Of a stretch of 64,000 bases of DNA, positions 51,057 through 60,366 are shown in pieces (position 1 is the first letter of the stretch; the number at the start of each line of letters is the position of its first letter). The translations under genes were made by a program, and so were the position numbers. Under the pieces are notes generated by a model. That model was not told where the DNA came from and searched no databases. It saw only the letters and a program-made list of their open reading frames with translations. The DNA lies in the NCBI GenBank assembly GCA_038230375.1, contig JBBRNJ010000039.1, positions 1 through 64,000 on the forward strand. The letters are read 5' to 3'. The DNA comes from Polyangiales bacterium (lineage in GTDB: Bacteria > Myxococcota_A > Polyangia > Polyangiales > Polyangiaceae).

Positions 51057-52859
51057 ATGATGGGCGCTCCCAATGAGCCTCCCGACGTCGAGGGCATCGC
51101 TGACGGCGGCGCCCTTTCGTTCGGAAAATACCAGCCGTTCGCCACGCTCGGACGCGGTGGCATGGCCGACGTGTTCCTCACGGTCGCGCGCGGACCCATG
51201 GGCTTCAACAAGCTCGCGGTCGTCAAGCGGCTGCGCCAGGCCCTCGCGGAGGAGGTCGGCTTCCGCACCATGTTCCTGGACGAGGCCCGCCTTGCGGCGC
51301 GCCTGAACCACCCGAACATCGTCCACACCTACGAGGTCGGGGAGCACAACGGCGCCTACTTCATCGCGATGGAGTTCCTGGAGGGCCAGTCGCTCAACAA
51401 GGTGATCAAGGAGGCGAGCAAGCGGCGCGAGAGCATTCCCCCCACGCTCTGCGCGCGCGTCATCGCCGAGGCTCTCTCCGGGCTTCACTACGCACACGAG
51501 CTCCGCGACTACGACGGCCGTCCGCTCACGGTCATCCATCGCGACGTGTCTCCGCACAACATCTTCGTGACGTACGACGGCCACACCAAGATGGTGGACT
51601 TCGGCATCGCGAAGGCCGCGCTCTCGTCGACCGAGACAGAGGTCGGCGTGCTCAAGGGCAAGGTCGCGTACATGTCGCCCGAGCAGGCGGCTGCCGGGCA
51701 CATCGACTGCCGCGCAGACATCTTCCCCATGGGGATCGTGCTGTGGGAGATGCTCACGGGCAAGCGCCTGATGGTCGGCGACTCTGCTGCGCAGACGCTG
51801 CATCGCCTGATGAACATGGAGATCCCGCGCGTGTCCTCGGTCATGCCCGAGGTCGACCCCATGCTCGACGAGATCGTCGCGCGCTCGCTGCAGAAGGATC
51901 CAGGCCTGCGCTTCCAGAGCGCGGCCGAGATGCGCGACGCGCTCGAGGCGTACATCGGAAGCACCGGCATGGCTGCGCGCCAGGACGACGTGAGCCGCCT
52001 CATGCTGCGGCTGTTCGGCAAGATCAAAGAGGAAGTGCAGCGGCAGGTGCAGAAGCACATGTCGACCATCACCCGCGCGAACAGCACGCAGGAGCTCCAG
52101 CACCTGAATGCGCAGTCGCTCAAGCGGCTGGAGAACTCTGGCGCAAACGTCAGCGGCTCGCTCTTGAAGCTCGGGAACAACAGCGGGAGCGGGAGCGGTA
52201 TCGTCTCGAACTACCCGCCTCCGTACGAGCCGCAGCAGTCGGCCATGTCTGCTCAGATGCAGCCGGCGCAAGGCAACAAGTCCGCGATGCTCCTCGTCAT
52301 CGCCGGCTTCCTGTTCCTGCTCGCCGTCGGGCTAGGGACCTTCGCCATGCTCAAGCTGCGGACGCCTGTGCAGGGCGGAAACGGATCGGACCCCAGCGCC
52401 GTGGCGCTCCTTGGTACCGGCAACGCGAACGGCGGTACCAACGGCGGCCCCGCGAATACGGTTGCCACGGGCACCGCAAACACCGCAAGCACTGGGAGCC
52501 CCACCGTCGCAACGTCCGTCGAGGTCGCACGCCCTCCGCCCACGGGCGTGACAAACACGGGGCGCCCGAACCCAGGCACGCGTCCGCAACCGCCACGTCC
52601 GCAGCCCACGCCGTCCGCGCAGCCCGTGGTGACTGCACCGGTCGCGACGGATGATCCGGGCTTCCTCACCATGGTCACCTATCCGTGGACGCGCGTGACC
52701 ATCGGCGGCAAGACGCTCACGACGCCGTTCAACAAGGTGGCCCTCCCGCCCGGCAACTACAACGCGGTGCTCGAGAACCCGGATCAGGGCATCAAGCAGA
52801 CCATGCCCATCACGATCAAGAGCGGCGACACCACCACGAAGAATCTCAGCCTGAAATAG
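51057..52859 (+). CDS. Membrane Ser/Thr protein kinase with PEGA-like C-terminal domain
   Basis: GRGGMA, VVK, HRDVSPHN, DFG, YMSPE; TM; TYPWTRV..TPF..LPPG. Confidence 0.95.
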   Translation: MMGAPNEPPDVEGIADGGALSFGKYQPFATLGRGGMADVFLTVARGPMGFNKLAVVKRLRQALAEEVGFRTMFLDEARLAARLNHPNIVHTYEVGEHNGAYFIAMEFLEGQSLNKVIKEASKRRESIPPTLCARVIAEALSGLHYAHELRDYDGRPLTVIHRDVSPHNIFVTYDGHTKMVDFGIAKAALSSTETEVGVLKGKVAYMSPEQAAAGHIDCRADIFPMGIVLWEMLTGKRLMVGDSAAQTLHRLMNMEIPRVSSVMPEVDPMLDEIVARSLQKDPGLRFQSAAEMRDALEAYIGSTGMAARQDDVSRLMLRLFGKIKEEVQRQVQKHMSTITRANSTQELQHLNAQSLKRLENSGANVSGSLLKLGNNSGSGSGIVSNYPPPYEPQQSAMSAQMQPAQGNKSAMLLVIAGFLFLLAVGLGTFAMLKLRTPVQGGNGSDPSAVALLGTGNANGGTNGGPANTVATGTANTASTGSPTVATSVEVARPPPTGVTNTGRPNPGTRPQPPRPQPTPSAQPVVTAPVATDDPGFLTMVTYPWTRVTIGGKTLTTPFNKVALPPGNYNAVLENPDQGIKQTMPITIKSGDTTTKNLSLK

Positions 52860-52894
52860 GCCCTTCCGCCCTGCGATCCACTATCATCCACCCT

Positions 52895-54277
52895 ATGCTG
52901 GGAAGTGGTCGCATCAGGGGAGTCGCAGCGGCGTGCGCGGGAGCCTGCGCGCTCACCGTCATCGGATCGCTCTTCCTCGGAACCGAGGCGTGCTCCACGC
53001 CATCGGGCGCGCCGGCCAAGGGGCCCGAGCCGGTGAAGATCGGCGCCTCCATCTCGCTCACGAATGCGCTCGCCGGCTCCGGCGCGCCCCTCAAGAACGC
53101 CATCAGGGCGGCCGAGGGACAGATCAACGCGAACGGCGGTCTGCTCGGTCGCCCCGTCCAGTTCATCATCCTGGACGACACCAGTGACGAGACCGCCACG
53201 CCTGGCAGCCTCATCCAGACCACCGCGCAGAAGCTGGTCGACCAGGGCGTGGTCGCATTCCTCGGACCCGTCGGCAGCTCGCAGGTGCTGGCGATGCAGA
53301 ACATCACCTACGGCAAACAGATCATCCAGCTGGTCTCGAACGCCACGTCACCAAACCTTGCAGCAGCGCAGCCCGTTCACGATCGCTATCTGTTCCGCAC
53401 CACACCCGCGGACGATCTACAGGCGCGCGCCGTCGTGAAGTTCGCCATGGTCGGCCCCGCTGGGATCGCAGGCGACGCCGGCGCGTCCAACGCGTGCTCG
53501 AAGATGGCCATCTTCCACATCAACAACGCGTACGGCAACGGGATGAGCACCGTCATCCAGTCCTACTTCCCGCAGAAGCTCCCCACCGTGCAGCTGAAGG
53601 ACGTCCCGGTCGACGTGGACGTGAAGCCCGACTACAAGACCGAGCTCGCGACCATTGCGGCCTTCAAGCCCGACTGCATGGCAGTCATCACGTACGAGCC
53701 CAACGCCGACCAGTTGATGACGGACCTGATCCAGTACAGGGCGGACAACCCCGGCGCGTTCCCGCCTTCGTTCTTCGTCATCGGTACGGATGGCGTCTAC
53801 ACCGGCGACTTCATCAACAACGGGCGCGTGAACAAGAACGACCCGACCACGCCCACCGTCGCCGAGGGCGTCTACGGCACGAACCCGGACACGAACCCAC
53901 CCACGTCCGAGTACGGCGACTTTCGCACGATCTACCAGGCGTACTTCCCCGGCGGCGAGCCCGACCCGTTCACTGCAAACATGTATGATGCAGCCATCTG
54001 GGTCGCGCTCGCGATCGAACAGGCGGGCTCCGCCACGGACCACGTGAAGATTCGCGACTCGCTCTACGACGTCTCCAAGGCCGGCAAGGTGTTCGGCCCG
54101 GGCGAGCTCGGCGAGGCGCTCCAGGCGATCCGCGCCGGCGTCAACATCGACTACAAGGGCGCCAGCGGCCCCGTCGACATCGACGACAACGGCAACGTCG
54201 TCAGCAACTACATCGTCTGGAAGGTCACGAACGGGAAGTTCGTGACGCTTGGACGGATCAACGCGCAGAGCCTGTGA
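52895..54277 (+). CDS. LivJ/LivK-like substrate-binding lipoprotein (no adjacent transporter)
   Basis: KIGASISLT, INANGGLLGRPV, FRTTPAD, YDAA, GASGPVDID. Confidence 0.88.
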   Translation: MLGSGRIRGVAAACAGACALTVIGSLFLGTEACSTPSGAPAKGPEPVKIGASISLTNALAGSGAPLKNAIRAAEGQINANGGLLGRPVQFIILDDTSDETATPGSLIQTTAQKLVDQGVVAFLGPVGSSQVLAMQNITYGKQIIQLVSNATSPNLAAAQPVHDRYLFRTTPADDLQARAVVKFAMVGPAGIAGDAGASNACSKMAIFHINNAYGNGMSTVIQSYFPQKLPTVQLKDVPVDVDVKPDYKTELATIAAFKPDCMAVITYEPNADQLMTDLIQYRADNPGAFPPSFFVIGTDGVYTGDFINNGRVNKNDPTTPTVAEGVYGTNPDTNPPTSEYGDFRTIYQAYFPGGEPDPFTANMYDAAIWVALAIEQAGSATDHVKIRDSLYDVSKAGKVFGPGELGEALQAIRAGVNIDYKGASGPVDIDDNGNVVSNYIVWKVTNGKFVTLGRINAQSL

Positions 54278-54801
54278 TGCACGAGAACACGCCCGCCCAC
54301 CCGCTCGCCAGAAGAGCCTTCGCGCTCGGTACCAGCGCCATCGGCGCAGCGCTCGTCGTGGCATGCAGCGCCGAAGCCACGCCATCGAGCGGTACCTACA
54401 CGGTGAACTTTCCATCGGTCGCGGCCGCGGTCGCCACGGATACCGTCCAGCTCTTCGTGTTCGACGCCAAGGGGCAAGATCCGAACAGCGTGTGTTCGGA
54501 GCTGATGCTGAAGGTGAAGAGCAAACAGGACCTTGGCCCGAGCATCCTGACCGGCCCCGCGATCACGCCGTGCGACCTTGCCGCTGGCGCGAAGTCCATC
54601 ACGATCCCATACGGCGAGAAGGCGATCGTCGCGCTGGGCCAGTCGGGCAACGTCACGCTGCTTGCGGGCTGCGTGGAGGAGACGGTCGGGGCGGGCAATC
54701 TGCCCATTGCGATCTCGGTCGGCATCGTCAACACGAAGGCCTCCGTCAAGTCGACGACCTGCACGAAGCTGAGCGACTTCTGCACGCAGCAGTGCAAGTA
54801 G
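54274..54801 (+). CDS. Small Cys-rich lipoprotein
   Basis: Lipobox VVAC plus six further Cys; overlaps the SBP stop. Confidence 0.72.
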   Translation: MMHENTPAHPLARRAFALGTSAIGAALVVACSAEATPSSGTYTVNFPSVAAAVATDTVQLFVFDAKGQDPNSVCSELMLKVKSKQDLGPSILTGPAITPCDLAAGAKSITIPYGEKAIVALGQSGNVTLLAGCVEETVGAGNLPIAISVGIVNTKASVKSTTCTKLSDFCTQQCK

Positions 54802-54806
54802 GAAAC

Positions 54807-54854
54807 GTCAGTTACAGCGTTCGCCAGAGCGTCGGCTACAGCGTCAGTTACAGA
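54807..54854 (+). repeat. 4 x 12-bp imperfect direct repeat
   Basis: gtcagttacagc gttcgccagagc gtcggctacagc gtcagttacaga. Confidence 0.7.
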
Positions 54855-55883
54855 GCTCGCCGGCGCAGCGGACCGCGGGGCTGAGCGCTGCCGACGTGGG
54901 CGCGTCGTGCGGGCGGAACGCGAAGTAGCCGCCCGTCGCCGCTCCGGCGATCACGACTGCTCCGGCGATGACCCAGAAGGTGGTGCTTCCAAGGAAGCCG
55001 CCCTTCTCTTTGGGCTTGTCGCCATAGCCCTTGGCCTCCGCGAAGGCCGTCTTGGGAACGTCCTTGGAGCCTGCCTCGAGAACCACGTCCTCGCGCTCGT
55101 CCAACGCCTGCACGTAGTAGTCGAGGCGGGTCTTGCCTGCGGGCGCGGCGGGACCTCCACCTGCACGCCGTCGCCGACCACGATCGTGCTGGTCTGGTAC
55201 TCGCCCGATGACGCCCAGCGCTGGCCCACGTGCACCTTCTTCACCATCTTGCTTGGATCGCGCGTGGTGACGCGAATGGTGCCCGCTTCGCCCACGCGCA
55301 CGGCGACCTGCGTCTCGATGCCAGGCTTCTGCGGCAACGCGCGCCAGTAGCCACGAGCCTCCGAGAACGGCGTGGACACCTTGGGCCCGAGGTTCGTGTC
55401 GACCGTGAACTCGGGGTCGTACGCGAGCAGCTGCTGGAAGGCCTCGCGCGACTGATCCTCTTTGTCGAGCACGGCGTACGTGATGGCGAGCACGCGATAG
55501 ACGCGCACCAGATCCTGGTGTGACAGCCCGGTCTTCTTGATGACGCGCTCTGCAACGCTGTTCGCGGCCTCGAAATCCAGCTTCGCGTAGAGCTGCTCTG
55601 CCGTGTCCGCATCCGCGGGCGGGGGAGGTGGCGGCTCCTTCTTGGGCGCCGCCGCAAGCGCAGCCCCGAACTGCAAAGCAAACAGCGCAAACATGCAAAG
55701 CGACAGCAGCCGTCGAGCGACCAGAGGGAGCCGAATACGTGAGGGATGCAAAGCGACCAGAGGGAGCGCAATACCAGAGGAATGCAAAGCGACCAGAGGG
55801 AGCGCAATACCAGAGGAATGCAGAGCGACCGAAGGGAGGCGACTACCTGAGGAATGCAGAGCGACCGAAGGGAGCGGATGCAT
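54844..55883 (-). pseudogene. TPR + beta-sandwich + C-terminal TM protein split by a 1-nt frameshift (or sequencing error)
   Basis: ORF 54951-55910 reads sensibly up to VQVEVP; ORF 54844-55698 continues AAPAGKTRLDYYVQALD..FWVIAGAVVIAG; junction near 55150. Confidence 0.75.
55715..55882 (+). repeat. About 4.6 x 36-bp tandem repeat
   Basis: Units at 55715, 55751, 55787, 55823 and partial 55859; units 2 and 3 identical (aagcgaccagagggagcgcaataccagaggaatgca). Confidence 0.92.
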
Positions 55884-55943
55884 GCGCCCGAGCATATCCG
55901 GAAAGAACAAACTGCGCTAACACGTGACGGCGGAGGGTGACCC

Positions 55944-56414
55944 ATGGCGAGGGAGCGCGCGAGCTGGGACCAGTACTTCATGAACATCGCAACGGAGGTC
56001 GCCACGCGCGCCACCTGCGATCGGAAGCATGTCGGCGCCGTGATCGTCCGCGACAAGTCGATCCTCGCCACGGGCTACAACGGCTCGATCCGCGGGCTGG
56101 GGCACTGCGACGAGGAGGGCCACCTCATGGAGGAGGGCCACTGCGTCCGCACCGTCCACGCGGAGGCGAACGCGATCGTCCAGGCAGCCAAGCACGGCAT
56201 GGGCATCGAGGGCGCGAGCATCTATGTCACCGCATCGCCGTGCTGGCCGTGCTTCCGGCTCATCGCCAATGCAGGCCTCGTGCGCATTGTCTTCGGTGAG
56301 TTCTACCGCGACCAGCGCATCTTCGAGTTCTCCACGCGCATCGGGATCGAGCTCGCCGACCTGTCCGAGTACGTCGCCACGAAGAAGAAGGCCATAGCGG
56401 AGCCCCGCGCCTGA
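55944..56414 (+). CDS. dCMP deaminase / ComEB family protein
   Basis: WDQYFM, ATC, TGYNG, HAEANA, PCWPC. Confidence 0.92.
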   Translation: MARERASWDQYFMNIATEVATRATCDRKHVGAVIVRDKSILATGYNGSIRGLGHCDEEGHLMEEGHCVRTVHAEANAIVQAAKHGMGIEGASIYVTASPCWPCFRLIANAGLVRIVFGEFYRDQRIFEFSTRIGIELADLSEYVATKKKAIAEPRA

Positions 56415-57418
56415 TGCCCGTCGTCGGGGGTCACGAAGCGCGCCGCCTCAAGGTCGCGGTGATCGTCGGCGGCCCGTCCTCCGAGGCGGAGGTGAGCCGC
56501 GCTTCGGGCAAGGGGATCGCCGCTGCGCTCGAGGAGAAGGGGCACACCGCCGCGCGCATCGAGCTCGACGCATTCGCGTCCGAGGCCATTCGTGATGGCG
56601 GCTTTGACGTCGTGTTCCCGATCACGCACGGCGCGGTCGGCGAGGATGGTGGGCTTCAAGGCATGCTCGAGGTGCTCGGTGTCCCCTACGTGGGCTCTGG
56701 CGTGCTTGCGAGCGCCGTCGCGATGGACAAGCCAACCGCGAAGCTCGTCTTCCATTCGCGCGGGCTGCCGCTGGCGAAGGGGCGGGCGGTCCGCGAGAGC
56801 GACGGCGCTCCCATGGAGCTCGTGAAGCGCCTGCGCGAGCAGATCGGGCGTGCGCTCGTCGTCAAGCCCACGGCCAGCGGCTCGGCCATCGGCGTGCATC
56901 GGTTCGGCGCGGACGACCCGGACGACAAGATCGCGGCCGCGCTCGCGGAGACGTTCCGCCTGGGCGACGGCGCACTGGTGGAGGAGCTCTGCGCGGGCAG
57001 GGAAGTGACCTGCGGCGTGCTCGAGCGTGACGGCGTGACCCGCGCGCTTCCGCCCACGGAGATCCTGTCCGAACAAGATGCATTCTACACCTATGAGGCG
57101 CGCTATGCGCCCGGTCGCAGCCGGCATGTCTGCCCCGCGGAGCTTGGAGCCAACGCGGCGCTGGTCCAGGAGATCGCGATCCGCGCGCATCAGGCGCTCG
57201 GCTGCCGGGACCTCTCACGCGCCGACTTCGTCGTCTCGGACGAGCGCGTGGTCTTGCTCGAGGTGAACACGCTCCCCGGCTTCACGGGCACGAGCCTCTA
57301 TCCCGAGGCGGCCGCCATCAGCGGAATGCCCATGGCCGAGCTGTGCGATCACCTCGTCCACACTGCCTGGAAGCGCGGTCCGACCCGCCGAAACGAAGCG
57401 CGTCCCCTTCCTACCTGA
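56414..57418 (+). CDS. ddl: D-alanine--D-alanine ligase
   Basis: GGPSSEAEVS, HGAVGEDG, MDKP, GSAIG, FYTYEARY, LEVNTLPG. Confidence 0.95.
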   Translation: MPVVGGHEARRLKVAVIVGGPSSEAEVSRASGKGIAAALEEKGHTAARIELDAFASEAIRDGGFDVVFPITHGAVGEDGGLQGMLEVLGVPYVGSGVLASAVAMDKPTAKLVFHSRGLPLAKGRAVRESDGAPMELVKRLREQIGRALVVKPTASGSAIGVHRFGADDPDDKIAAALAETFRLGDGALVEELCAGREVTCGVLERDGVTRALPPTEILSEQDAFYTYEARYAPGRSRHVCPAELGANAALVQEIAIRAHQALGCRDLSRADFVVSDERVVLLEVNTLPGFTGTSLYPEAAAISGMPMAELCDHLVHTAWKRGPTRRNEARPLPT

Positions 57419-57593
57419 GCATCGACCTTCGTGAGCGGGGCTGCGGAGCCCCAAGGAAGCGCATCTGGCGCGCGTCCAATCGGCGACATATTGCTGCCTA
57501 CATACGCGCCTACGAGCGCACTCTTGCGTCCGCGGCGTCTTGCGTGAGGGGTTGGTCGACGCAATCCTTGTAGGAGGAAGCTTTTTTCGAACG

Positions 57594-58712
57594 ATGGCGC
57601 GGGACTCCTTCTACAACGAGACCATTCTGTGGACGGGCAAGCCGGAGGTGATTCGCACACCCCTCTTGTGGCGCATCGTCTCGGCGATCGCTGGCGTCAT
57701 GAGCGTCACCTCCGTTGCGTTTGCCATCGTGGTGGCGTCGGCCATCCATCGTCCCATCGGCTCCATGCTGCTCGTGTCTGCATGGTGCGCCACCCTCGCG
57801 CTCGCCGCGTGGAAGGGGCCGCAGATCTGGCTCGCGGGCGTCACGTATCAGGTGACTGACAAGCACATCGTGTGGCGACGAGGTCGCCTCCGTCGCGCGA
57901 TAGAGCGAACCGGCGTCAGCTACGCGGTGCTTCGCTGGACCGACCGCGAGGCGGGCATCGGCGACCTGCTCCTCACCCGCGCGGTCCCCACGGGCGCGCT
58001 CCGTCGCACGCTGAGCCTCACGCTCACGGCCGTGAAGGCGCCAGACCACGTCTTCTCGCTCGTGCGCGGCGCACCGCTCGGTGCCATTCATGCCGGCGCT
58101 GGGGCCGGCGCGCGCCCCCTCGCGCAGCGGCTGGATCCGGGCGAGCGCGTGCTCTGGTCCGCGATGCCGCTCGCCTCGCCGTGGACGTTGCGGCGCGGCC
58201 TTCGGGCGATGATCTCGGTCGGCCTCGCGCTGTCGCTCGTGCGGATGCTGCTGCGCGCGGTGCCCAGCCTGACCAAGCTACTCCACGCGCATGCGCTGCC
58301 CGGCTGGACGTTCGGGTTGATGCTCGGCGCAATCGCTGTCGTGGCCGTGGTGCTGCTGGTGTCTGCATTCGCCGTGGGCTGGTCGGCGCTGGTGCTGCCG
58401 TGGAAGAAGAAGCAACGCACCCGCTACTTCGTGACGAACAAGCGCGTGCTCATCGCGCGTGACGACGAGGAGCTCCATCTGGACCGCGCCCGCATCGCCT
58501 ACGTGATCGCCACGAAGGCAAAGAAGCTCGGCGACGTGTTCCTGGTGCTGGACGGTCCGCATGCGCGCGCCCTGGCGCTGTCTGGAGCGTTCGGTGGGGA
58601 CGATGGCGGCCTGCTTCGGCCCGTCTTCAGCGCCATCGAGGACGCGGACAGCGTCCACGACCTTCTCGCCAAGAAGAGCGAGAAGACCCCCGAGATGCGC
58701 GACGCCGCGTGA
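57594..58712 (+). CDS. Membrane protein with two bacterial PH-like modules
   Basis: Repeated unit ETILWTGKP..TM TM..YQVTDKH and ERVLWSAMP..TM TM..YFVTNKR. Confidence 0.72.
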   Translation: MARDSFYNETILWTGKPEVIRTPLLWRIVSAIAGVMSVTSVAFAIVVASAIHRPIGSMLLVSAWCATLALAAWKGPQIWLAGVTYQVTDKHIVWRRGRLRRAIERTGVSYAVLRWTDREAGIGDLLLTRAVPTGALRRTLSLTLTAVKAPDHVFSLVRGAPLGAIHAGAGAGARPLAQRLDPGERVLWSAMPLASPWTLRRGLRAMISVGLALSLVRMLLRAVPSLTKLLHAHALPGWTFGLMLGAIAVVAVVLLVSAFAVGWSALVLPWKKKQRTRYFVTNKRVLIARDDEELHLDRARIAYVIATKAKKLGDVFLVLDGPHARALALSGAFGGDDGGLLRPVFSAIEDADSVHDLLAKKSEKTPEMRDAA

Positions 58713-58779
58713 ACATCCACGCGTGCCTGAAATGACGCAATGAAAAGAGCCTTCCGCGCGTTATGATGCAGGCCGACTC

Positions 58780-60366
58780 GTGATTGCGGTTGGACAGGTT
58801 CTCAGCGAGAAGTACCGCCTCGTCCGGCTGGTCGGGGACGGCGGCATGGGCTCCGTGTACGAAGCGGAGCACCTTTTGCTCGGCACGCACGTCGCTATCA
58901 AGGTGCTTCACCCAGAGCTCGCGCGCAGAGCCGGCCTTGCCGAGCGGTTCATGCAGGAGGCCCGCGTCTCCGCCCAGATCAAGAGTCCACACGTGGTGGG
59001 CGTCCACGACGTGGATCGCACGGCCGACGGCGAGGCATTCCTGGTGATGGAGCTGCTCGAGGGCGAGCCGCTCTCGTCGCGCCTCGATCGCGAGAAGCGC
59101 CTCGACGAGGCGATGGCGTGCGACATCACGAGCCAGATCCTGGAGGCGCTCTCCGCTGCGCACCAGATGGGCGTCGTCCACCGCGACCTCAAGCCAGAGA
59201 ACGTCTTCCTCACGCGGGGCCGCTCGCGTCCCTTCGTGAAGGTGATCGACTTTGGGATCGCCAAGCTCCGCCACGATCCGCTGCACGCGCCCGCGCAGAA
59301 GAACCTCACGGCGGCCGGCGTCATGATGGGCACGGCCGAGTACATGGCGCCCGAGCAGGCCTACTCCGCGGCCGAGGTGGACGCGCGCGCGGACATCTAC
59401 TCCGTGGGCGTCATGCTCTACGAGATGCTCGCCGGGAAGCGGCCCGTCTCCGGTGACGACGCACGCATCATCGCCATCAAGGTCGAGCGCGGCGAGGTCA
59501 CGCCCCTCGTTCATGCCGCGCCAGGCGTGCGGCCAGAGCTCGCGGGCCTGGTGCATCGCGCGATCTCGTCACATCCCGATCTACGTTTTCAGTCCGCCAC
59601 CGAGATGATGGAGGCGCTCGCCGCGCTGTCCGGTCTGGCCGGCGCACGGAAGCAGGACACCACACCGCTGGCTGGGGCCGCCGCGCAGCCCCATGCAGCC
59701 GGACGCGTGAAGGAGCCCGTCGAGAGCCCCGCGCTGGAAGCACCGAAGGCAGGGACACAGATGGCGGCGCCTCTCCGCCCGGCCTACGCAGCCGCCGCGG
59801 CAGGCGCGCCACATCAGACCCAAATGCGCGGACCCGACGACCACGACGACGAGGAGGAGCAGCGGCCCCGACCGCGGTCCCGCGGCGGAAGCTGGGTCTA
59901 CGTGCTCGCGTCGCTGCTTGTGGGCGCCAGCGTCGTCGGTGGATATGTATTCTACACGAATAACTACCCCGCCATGCCGGCGCCCGTGCCGCTCGTCGCG
60001 CCCACGACCACACTGAACCAGAACCCCACCGCGCCGAGCATCACTCCGTCCGGACCCGCCGTGAGTCCAACCGCTCCGCCCGCGACGCCTCCGCTCACGC
60101 CTCCTCTGACACCAGGCATCGGGCCCGGTCCGCACGTCGCGCCTCCGCCGGGACCTGGCGTTCCTTCCGCGGCGCCCGCGCCGAGCATCACGCCGCTCGC
60201 ATTCCCATCCGCGTTTCCGTTTCCCATTCCTTCGAACGGGACCATGCCGCCGTTCCAGATGCCGTCGGGCTTCCCCACCGCGTTCCCGCCGTTTGGCATG
60301 CCGCCGCAGGCGCCGCAGCCGGGTCAGCCCTTGCCTCAGCAGCCCGTGCCCGGGGTGGTTCCGTGA
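58780..60366 (+). CDS. Membrane Ser/Thr protein kinase with Pro-rich tail
   Basis: GDGGMG, AIK, HRDLKPEN, DFG, YMAPE; TM; Pro-rich C-terminus. Confidence 0.95.
   Translation: MIAVGQVLSEKYRLVRLVGDGGMGSVYEAEHLLLGTHVAIKVLHPELARRAGLAERFMQEARVSAQIKSPHVVGVHDVDRTADGEAFLVMELLEGEPLSSRLDREKRLDEAMACDITSQILEALSAAHQMGVVHRDLKPENVFLTRGRSRPFVKVIDFGIAKLRHDPLHAPAQKNLTAAGVMMGTAEYMAPEQAYSAAEVDARADIYSVGVMLYEMLAGKRPVSGDDARIIAIKVERGEVTPLVHAAPGVRPELAGLVHRAISSHPDLRFQSATEMMEALAALSGLAGARKQDTTPLAGAAAQPHAAGRVKEPVESPALEAPKAGTQMAAPLRPAYAAAAAGAPHQTQMRGPDDHDDEEEQRPRPRSRGGSWVYVLASLLVGASVVGGYVFYTNNYPAMPAPVPLVAPTTTLNQNPTAPSITPSGPAVSPTAPPATPPLTPPLTPGIGPGPHVAPPPGPGVPSAAPAPSITPLAFPSAFPFPIPSNGTMPPFQMPSGFPTAFPPFGMPPQAPQPGQPLPQQPVPGVVP

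Noticed and set aside
55715..55882. CRISPR array (36-bp periodicity)
   Set aside because: Units are head-to-tail with no unique spacers, and no cas genes are present
55944..56414. Anti-phage dCTP deaminase
   Set aside because: Short stand-alone ComEB-like enzyme with no kinase domain, coupled to ddl
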